In this document: positions 48,501 through 52,694 of the stretch, one piece after another
Position numbering within the stretch: position 1 is the first letter of the stretch
Layout: every line of letters starts with the position of its first letter
Virus record (IMG/VR): IMGVR_UViG_3300035661_000082
Span: 1 to 52,694 of that record
Source: a virus
Lineage: Duplodnaviria > Caudoviricetes
Length of the DNA: 52,694 bases
Reading direction: 5' to 3' (one strand)
Position numbers and translations under genes: made by a program
Notes under the pieces: model-generated
What the model saw: the letters and a program-made list of their open reading frames with translations, nothing else
Databases searched by the model: none
What the model was told of the DNA's origin: nothing

Positions 48501-48891
48501 GGGCTACCAAAATGAAACAGAAAACGATCAACAGAATCAAACTGATGCTGGCAAACGTACCGAAGGAGAAACGGGCAAAAGTCCTCAAACTGGCAGCAAT
48601 CAAGGCACTGAAGAAGAAACAGACCTCTTAGGCGATAATTCAAGCAATAAGACAGACACCGTTGAGGATCCTGCACCAGCATCAAAACCCGTTGAGGCTA
48701 CACAAGGAGCTAAAGAGGAACCCCCACAAATCACAGCCGATACCTTTGCCCAGCTTGGCAAGCGAGCATCCAAAGCAAGAACAATGCTTCGTGATAAACT
48801 TGCAGGCACAGAAGCACTTAACGTGCATGACAATTTCAACACGATAGTTACCACGCTTGAGAAAAGCGGGTTTGTTACTAAAGATTGCTAA
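45517..48891 (+). CDS. Large internal virion/ejection protein (1124 aa)
   Basis: Glycine-zipper hydrophobic segment GAAIGSAGGPVGAAAGGATGAAVG, low-complexity linkers; ends ...FVTKDC. Confidence 0.75.
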   Translation: MNYEAEVDKLIGATAAKPANVDPAAKPANVDYDKQVDQLIASKKKAPMTDSEWQAEKESHQENALQRGWHSMANSVDATAKLATKDYEGIADIQADNANYRAMNPGTKSANELTDAFRAEGNNDQSAAGGFENFKAGVGRMVDVAANNYNKAQGFIPKARSALDTAGGVVSVLGEQIPNMVPGLVGMGIGSVGGAEAGAPTGAAIGSAGGPVGAAAGGATGAAVGSYIGGSAGSGVGNALVEGGGMIEQDLQKAGIKPGDKEATVAYLKDHGDKILEQAGIKGAVIGAVDRATIGMAHNLLTAPGRAAEQRAMTSLGVDTADNAAVSAARNTQREAIGKLVANDAAYQASKTGIGAVARDTAAFGLEPLGEFTGEYVGEGLGRGNWDTKESAFEALMSLGQSGLIFTGQKAAQAIKAPFEQQDTSSGAATPNAAPPNSPPNSLPNATQNASTQNAATQNASTQNAATQNASTQNAATQNASNQNAATQNSANQNAATQSQQANQLTPEALQALSRISDEQLPGVREKVASMPDSKHKTAIQEALDATVEQRAALGYTPHVDDEGYTYSMDRHAVESLQEQARKASTAAIMESLGHLANQDNASDTTRIYERELNQRYKENQQATQDVAAKSADTPTTATPTPTDVQAAKANADLNPTLANAADLHSSMQQAAQAVQTVAPANAATAANAETAAAKWARFNPIQRNGFIGNLGIETLGVEGANLRNESDITKLPPHVQQVIEAAHNPIPADKFNPTHTDKLGRPLMAYPGIDGVYQDERSNVFRSDSVPPTPIQQAPVTTATQSQQETVTPQSSSKSFTPNPRSWGAQETNNLAQIIRKAGGIHKKHATEIIGDETKHSKTKGFFTNNGMGIDDAIDLAKSHNFIINLRKGEDETEAYIDLFARAANGEKVTNYQNADLERQYQNLLDEDEARAKEDALEAQLTADEIKKSDLIAQELSDADPNEVESVIDDIEGATNALSDGTFTEWLNEYTTEQGYQNETENDQQNQTDAGKRTEGETGKSPQTGSNQGTEEETDLLGDNSSNKTDTVEDPAPASKPVEATQGAKEEPPQITADTFAQLGKRASKARTMLRDKLAGTEALNVHDNFNTIVTTLEKSGFVTKDC
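46861..47010 (+). repeat. In-frame 15-bp tandem repeat x10 (NASTQ/NAATQ)
   Basis: AACGCATCCACCCAA / AACGCTGC(C/T)ACCCAA alternating. Confidence 0.9.
48512..48631 (+). CDS. Candidate nested +1-frame peptide (39 aa, basic amphipathic)
   Basis: Hand translation MKQKTINRIKLMLANVPKEKRAKVLKLAAIKALKKKQTS; weak AGGG RBS; overlies a polar linker of the host ORF. Confidence 0.4.
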   Translation: MKQKTINRIKLMLANVPKEKRAKVLKLAAIKALKKKQTS

Positions 48892-48905
48892 CCGAGAAAA
48901 TACCT

Positions 48906-49397
48906 ATGCCAGTACGCTCAATGCTAGATAGAAAAACCAAGCAATTCCTCAATGATGCGTATAGCGAAGAACTCTACGCATCGCACCTATACAAACATGT
49001 ATCGGCGCAAGTTAAGCGCCTAGGCTGGGACGGGCTTGCCTCATACTTCATTGGTGAATCTAAGGAAGATGCCAATCACGCAGCAAGCATTGCAGCCTAT
49101 GTCGATGGACGCGCAGACACGATTAGCTCACCTTCGATTGAGTCTATTGAGATTGATATTTTAAGCTTCCGCGATGCGATTGAAGCAGCATTAGAGGCCG
49201 AACAGTCGCTTGAGCGAAAGTATGCCGACTGGTACGCAGCGTGTGATTGCCAAGTGACGAAGCAGTTTCTGCTAGGATTTATTGAAATTCAGCGCGTATC
49301 TGTGGAAAGGTATGCGGGCATTGTGGCTACGCTCGACACGACAAAGGACGATGTTTCAGTCCTGTTGCACATTCAGTCAAAACTAGCGAAAGGCTAA
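48906..49397 (+). CDS. Ferritin (FtnA-like four-helix bundle)
   Basis: LN...EELYAS.LY, G.A.YF..ES.ED..H, EAE, T.QFL..F...Q align by eye with E. coli FtnA; start may be 48885 (TTG), 48906 or 48921. Confidence 0.8.
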   Translation: MPVRSMLDRKTKQFLNDAYSEELYASHLYKHVSAQVKRLGWDGLASYFIGESKEDANHAASIAAYVDGRADTISSPSIESIEIDILSFRDAIEAALEAEQSLERKYADWYAACDCQVTKQFLLGFIEIQRVSVERYAGIVATLDTTKDDVSVLLHIQSKLAKG

Positions 49398-49403
49398 TCA
49401 AAC

Positions 49404-52400
49404 ATGGCATGTACCTACTCGTTTGTAGACCAAAACAGCAAGAATCAAACGCTTGATGCCAACGAGTTCAAGGCATGGCTTGCCAATGGTGGGCTAGAGT
49501 TTGCGCGTGCGTTTAAGGCGGCTGATAACAAAGCAGCGGGCAGCGTCAGTCAGTTTGTAGATTTCTTGTATGCAAAAATTTCGTCAGGCGAAATGCCAAA
49601 AGACAACCCAGCATTAAAGAAGATGGTTGAGCAGGTCGATGGAACACCCGCTTCACCTCAGCGTATGAAGCAGGCGCAAGAGCAGCTTGAATCAGCTATC
49701 GTCCGTATTGCGCGAGATATTGTCCAAAAAAATAACGGCATTGATAAAACATTTAATGACCTATTGGCGCTTTATTCGTCTCAGCCAAACCTTAACGTTC
49801 GCGACAGTACAAGCATCGAGAATCAAGCGTATAGCACGCCTGCACCCTTAGCTTATCTAGCCTCTCTCTTAGCCAGGATAGACAAAAAAACAAGCGTCTA
49901 TGAGCCTACGGCTGGCAACGGGATGCTTACGATTGGAGCATCCCCTAAGAACGTGACCGCCAACGAGTTTCAAGAAGAGCGTGCAAATGCGCTTCGTGCA
50001 TTGAACCTTAGACGAGTTATCGAAGGTGATGCGCTGAAAGCTAATGTTGCGCCTAAATCGCAGGATAGCGTTATCACAAACCCGCCATTTGGCCAGATTA
50101 AAGACGAAAACAACAATTCAATCAAAGTGGATTTTGACGGATTCACTATCGGGCAGATCGACCACCTGATTGCAGCAAAAGCACTTGAGACAATGAAGGA
50201 TGACGGAAGTGCAACGCTCATCATTGGAGCAAATAAAGTTGCTGGCGGCATAAGCAACAATGATCGGATATTTTTTAATTGGCTATACTCAAACTACAAT
50301 GTTACTGGGCATTTTGAAGTTGACGGGAAGCTATACACCAGACAGGGCGCGTCGTGGCCTGTTCGTGTAATTACCATCAACGGAAGACAGAAATCATCAA
50401 ATGTCAGTCCGGTGGAAGGTGTCATCGAGCGGGCGAAAACATGGGAGCAAGTTTATGACTATGCAAAAGACCTATTGGATACCGTCGGGCGATCTAACGA
50501 CGGGACAAGCCGAAGCGCTGGCCGTGGAAGCGAATCAAAAACCGAACGAGCAAGCTTACCGAATGATGCTATTGAGAAAACTCCAAGAAGTAATCAGCCA
50601 GAATCTAGCACTGGCAAAGGAAGCAATGGAGATGTCACCAGAGGCACTGCCAGAAATCTACCCGATAGCGAAAAACGAAATGAGCGAGACGTGGGCAGCG
50701 TCGATAATGAACAGCGACACAATGATGGCAATGCTCAACAAGATCAATTGGGCGGCAAAGGGAAAAATAAAGCCAATGGAGGAGAAAAGCCTACAAGAGA
50801 TACTGGAGCAGATGGATTAGCAAAAAGCACGGGCGAGCTGCAAACACCTTATGTCACCCGAAGCGCCAACAAAGATGACGGCATCCTAATTCCGTCAAAT
50901 ATGGCACAACCTACCCAAGACGCGCTTTCAAAGCTGGAAGACGATGTTGGTGATATTGACGAGTTTGTAAAGACAGAGCTTGGTTACAAGTCCAAAAAAG
51001 AATTGCAAAATGCACTCATGGGGCTGCAAATTGATTCTGTTGCTTTGGCCATCAACCAAATCAAGAATGGCGGTGGGTTTATCATTGCCGACCAAACAGG
51101 GATTGGCAAAGGTCGACAAGCCGCATCTATTATCCGATGGGCAGAACGAAACGGCTACACGCCTGTTTTTATGAGCGCAAAGCCATCGTTGTTTACCGAT
51201 ATGTTCAACGACCTTGAGGACATTGGTTCAACGAACATCAAGCCATTCATCATGAATGCCGATGGAAGCATTAAAGGCAAGAACGGTGAAAAACTTTTTG
51301 CAAACAACCCAAGCCTACATAAAACAAGGGTTTCCTTCATACGTGACAAAGGGCGTTTGCCAGGCGATTCAAACGCGATATTCCTGACTTACTCACAAAT
51401 CAACAAACCAAACGCGCAGCGCGAGGCGTTGCTTTCGATTGCTCCAAATGCTGTTTTTATTCTGGATGAATCGCATTCTGCGGCAGGCAAATCAGCAACA
51501 GGCGAGTTCATTATTAGCGCGCTTGGCTTGGCAAAAGGCGTGACCTACCTAAGTGCAACCTACGCAAAACGTCCAGATAACATGCCGCTGTATTTCAAGA
51601 CAGAAATAGGGAAAGCGATTGAAGATAGTACACAACTTTCAGATGCAATGGATGCTGGCGGATTGTCACTTCAAACTGTTGTCAGTAACAACCTTGTCAA
51701 AGCTGGAAACTTGATTCGCCGAGAAAGATCATACGACGGCGTAAGCATTGATTCTAAATCAGACAGTAAAAACAAAGACTTGCACGAAAGTCTTTCAGAC
51801 ATAACCACACTTGCTTTGCGCGCCATCGTCAATTCTGACGACACGTTCCATTCAAAGTTTGTCAAAACGTTGCAGAAAGAACTGGAGAGAGAAGGCAAGG
51901 GACTCAAAGACAATGCAGGAAACAATGCGTCTAAAACAGTTCAGCACACCGAGTTCTCAAGCGTTGTTCATAACTTCATCAAGCAGATGCTGCTTGGCCT
52001 CAAGGCGCAGACCGCCGCTGATGAAGCGATTGCATCAATCAAGCGCGGCGAGAAGCCGATCATTGCCGTCGAAAACACTATGGGTTCATTCCTGAATGAA
52101 TACGCTTCCGCAAATGGGCTTTCTAATGGAGACCCCCTTGGTAAATTTGATTACAGGACGGTTCTTACTAGGGCACTTTCAAGAACGCGAGCTATCACAG
52201 AAAAAGGGGTAAATGGCGAAGATACCGTAAAAGCAATCCCGCTTTCCGACCTTGACCCGATTACTCGTAAAGCCTATGACGATGCGCAAGATGTTATTGA
52301 CTCGCTTGATGTTGGCATCCCAGTATCGCCTATTGACTGGATTCGCGCTGAAATTGAGCGCGCAGGGTATAGCGTTGCTGAAATCACAGGGAGAGATTTA

Positions 52401-52694
52401 TCTGTTGATTATTCATCCCCTAAAAACCCGATTCTTTCTTCCGTTGATGCAAAAGAGCAGAAAGACAAAGTTAACACGACACAACGGTTCAATCGTGGCG
52501 ACCTTGATGCAATCATCTTGAACGTGGCAGGCTCTACTGGGATTAGCCTGCACGCTTCTGAGAAGTTCAAAGACCAAAGACAGCGACACATGATTATTGC
52601 TCAACCAGCTGGCGACATTAACACGTTCATGCAGATGCTTGGGCGAATCCACAGAACAGGGCAAGTCAAGCTTCCAAAATACACTATCCTGAGC
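49404..52694 (+). CDS. N-terminal ~1,060 aa of giant DarB-like protein: N6-adenine MTase + Strawberry-notch SF2 helicase (not in the ORF track because it runs off the end)
   Basis: Hand translation from ATG 49404 (MACTYSF...): QAYSTP, YEPTAGNG (~49900), ITNPPFG (~50080), ADQTGIGKGRQ (~51090), LDESH (~51465), SAT; joins ORF 38-5080. Confidence 0.88.
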   Translation, partial: MACTYSFVDQNSKNQTLDANEFKAWLANGGLEFARAFKAADNKAAGSVSQFVDFLYAKISSGEMPKDNPALKKMVEQVDGTPASPQRMKQAQEQLESAIVRIARDIVQKNNGIDKTFNDLLALYSSQPNLNVRDSTSIENQAYSTPAPLAYLASLLARIDKKTSVYEPTAGNGMLTIGASPKNVTANEFQEERANALRALNLRRVIEGDALKANVAPKSQDSVITNPPFGQIKDENNNSIKVDFDGFTIGQIDHLIAAKALETMKDDGSATLIIGANKVAGGISNNDRIFFNWLYSNYNVTGHFEVDGKLYTRQGASWPVRVITINGRQKSSNVSPVEGVIERAKTWEQVYDYAKDLLDTVGRSNDGTSRSAGRGSESKTERASLPNDAIEKTPRSNQPESSTGKGSNGDVTRGTARNLPDSEKRNERDVGSVDNEQRHNDGNAQQDQLGGKGKNKANGGEKPTRDTGADGLAKSTGELQTPYVTRSANKDDGILIPSNMAQPTQDALSKLEDDVGDIDEFVKTELGYKSKKELQNALMGLQIDSVALAINQIKNGGGFIIADQTGIGKGRQAASIIRWAERNGYTPVFMSAKPSLFTDMFNDLEDIGSTNIKPFIMNADGSIKGKNGEKLFANNPSLHKTRVSFIRDKGRLPGDSNAIFLTYSQINKPNAQREALLSIAPNAVFILDESHSAAGKSATGEFIISALGLAKGVTYLSATYAKRPDNMPLYFKTEIGKAIEDSTQLSDAMDAGGLSLQTVVSNNLVKAGNLIRRERSYDGVSIDSKSDSKNKDLHESLSDITTLALRAIVNSDDTFHSKFVKTLQKELEREGKGLKDNAGNNASKTVQHTEFSSVVHNFIKQMLLGLKAQTAADEAIASIKRGEKPIIAVENTMGSFLNEYASANGLSNGDPLGKFDYRTVLTRALSRTRAITEKGVNGEDTVKAIPLSDLDPITRKAYDDAQDVIDSLDVGIPVSPIDWIRAEIERAGYSVAEITGRDLSVDYSSPKNPILSSVDAKEQKDKVNTTQRFNRGDLDAIILNVAGSTGISLHASEKFKDQRQRHMIIAQPAGDINTFMQMLGRIHRTGQVKLPKYTILS
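50455..50820 (+). CDS. Candidate overprinted gene (+1 frame, 121 aa) nested in the MTase-helicase linker
   Basis: GGAG 7 nt before ATG 50455; helical globular composition; host frame here is R/G/S/D/N-rich low complexity. Confidence 0.6.
   Translation: MTMQKTYWIPSGDLTTGQAEALAVEANQKPNEQAYRMMLLRKLQEVISQNLALAKEAMEMSPEALPEIYPIAKNEMSETWAASIMNSDTMMAMLNKINWAAKGKIKPMEEKSLQEILEQMD
52553..52694. repeat. Terminal direct repeat (circular assembly overlap), copy 2
   Basis: Matches 1-142 with one mismatch. Confidence 0.95.

Overview
The window is an apparently complete, circularly permuted dsDNA tailed-phage genome of about 52,552 bp: bases 1-142 recur at 52553-52694 with one synonymous mismatch. It is probably a podovirus of a Gram-negative host, since it has a SAR endolysin and Rz/Rz1 spanins. 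The head module is 933W/N4-gp56(DUF4043)-type: TerS, TerL, P22-like portal, scaffold, major capsid protein. Tail and ejection genes follow and end in a ~2,742-aa DarB-like polyvalent protein that crosses the contig ends (N6-MTase, Strawberry-notch SF2 helicase, zincin-like HExxxH, PLxRFG domain). There is also a tail-fibre cluster, a lysis cassette, a Prim-Pol/Sak4/SSB/YqaJ/helicase/VRR-NUC replication-recombination block, and an accessory region with two more DNA methyltransferases. I recognised no integrase, CI-type repressor, tRNA, CRISPR array or reverse transcriptase. The most striking theme is heavy use of overlapping reading frames. (i) Two protein-like +1-frame ORFs are nested in disordered linkers of the two giant ejection proteins. 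(ii) The C5-methyltransferase has its motif IX/TRD in a second, fully overlapping frame, as in M.EcoHK31I. (iii) Rz/Rz1 overlap. Other notable points: a ferritin gene between the two giant genes (one ends in Cys, the next starts Met-Ala-Cys); a ParB-MT-A70 gene plus putative nuclease behind an RBS-sequestering hairpin; a repeated leader in front of early accessory genes; and a DGGxF/Mtd-like chain of tail-fibre genes. All family assignments come from motif recognition by eye, not database searches.
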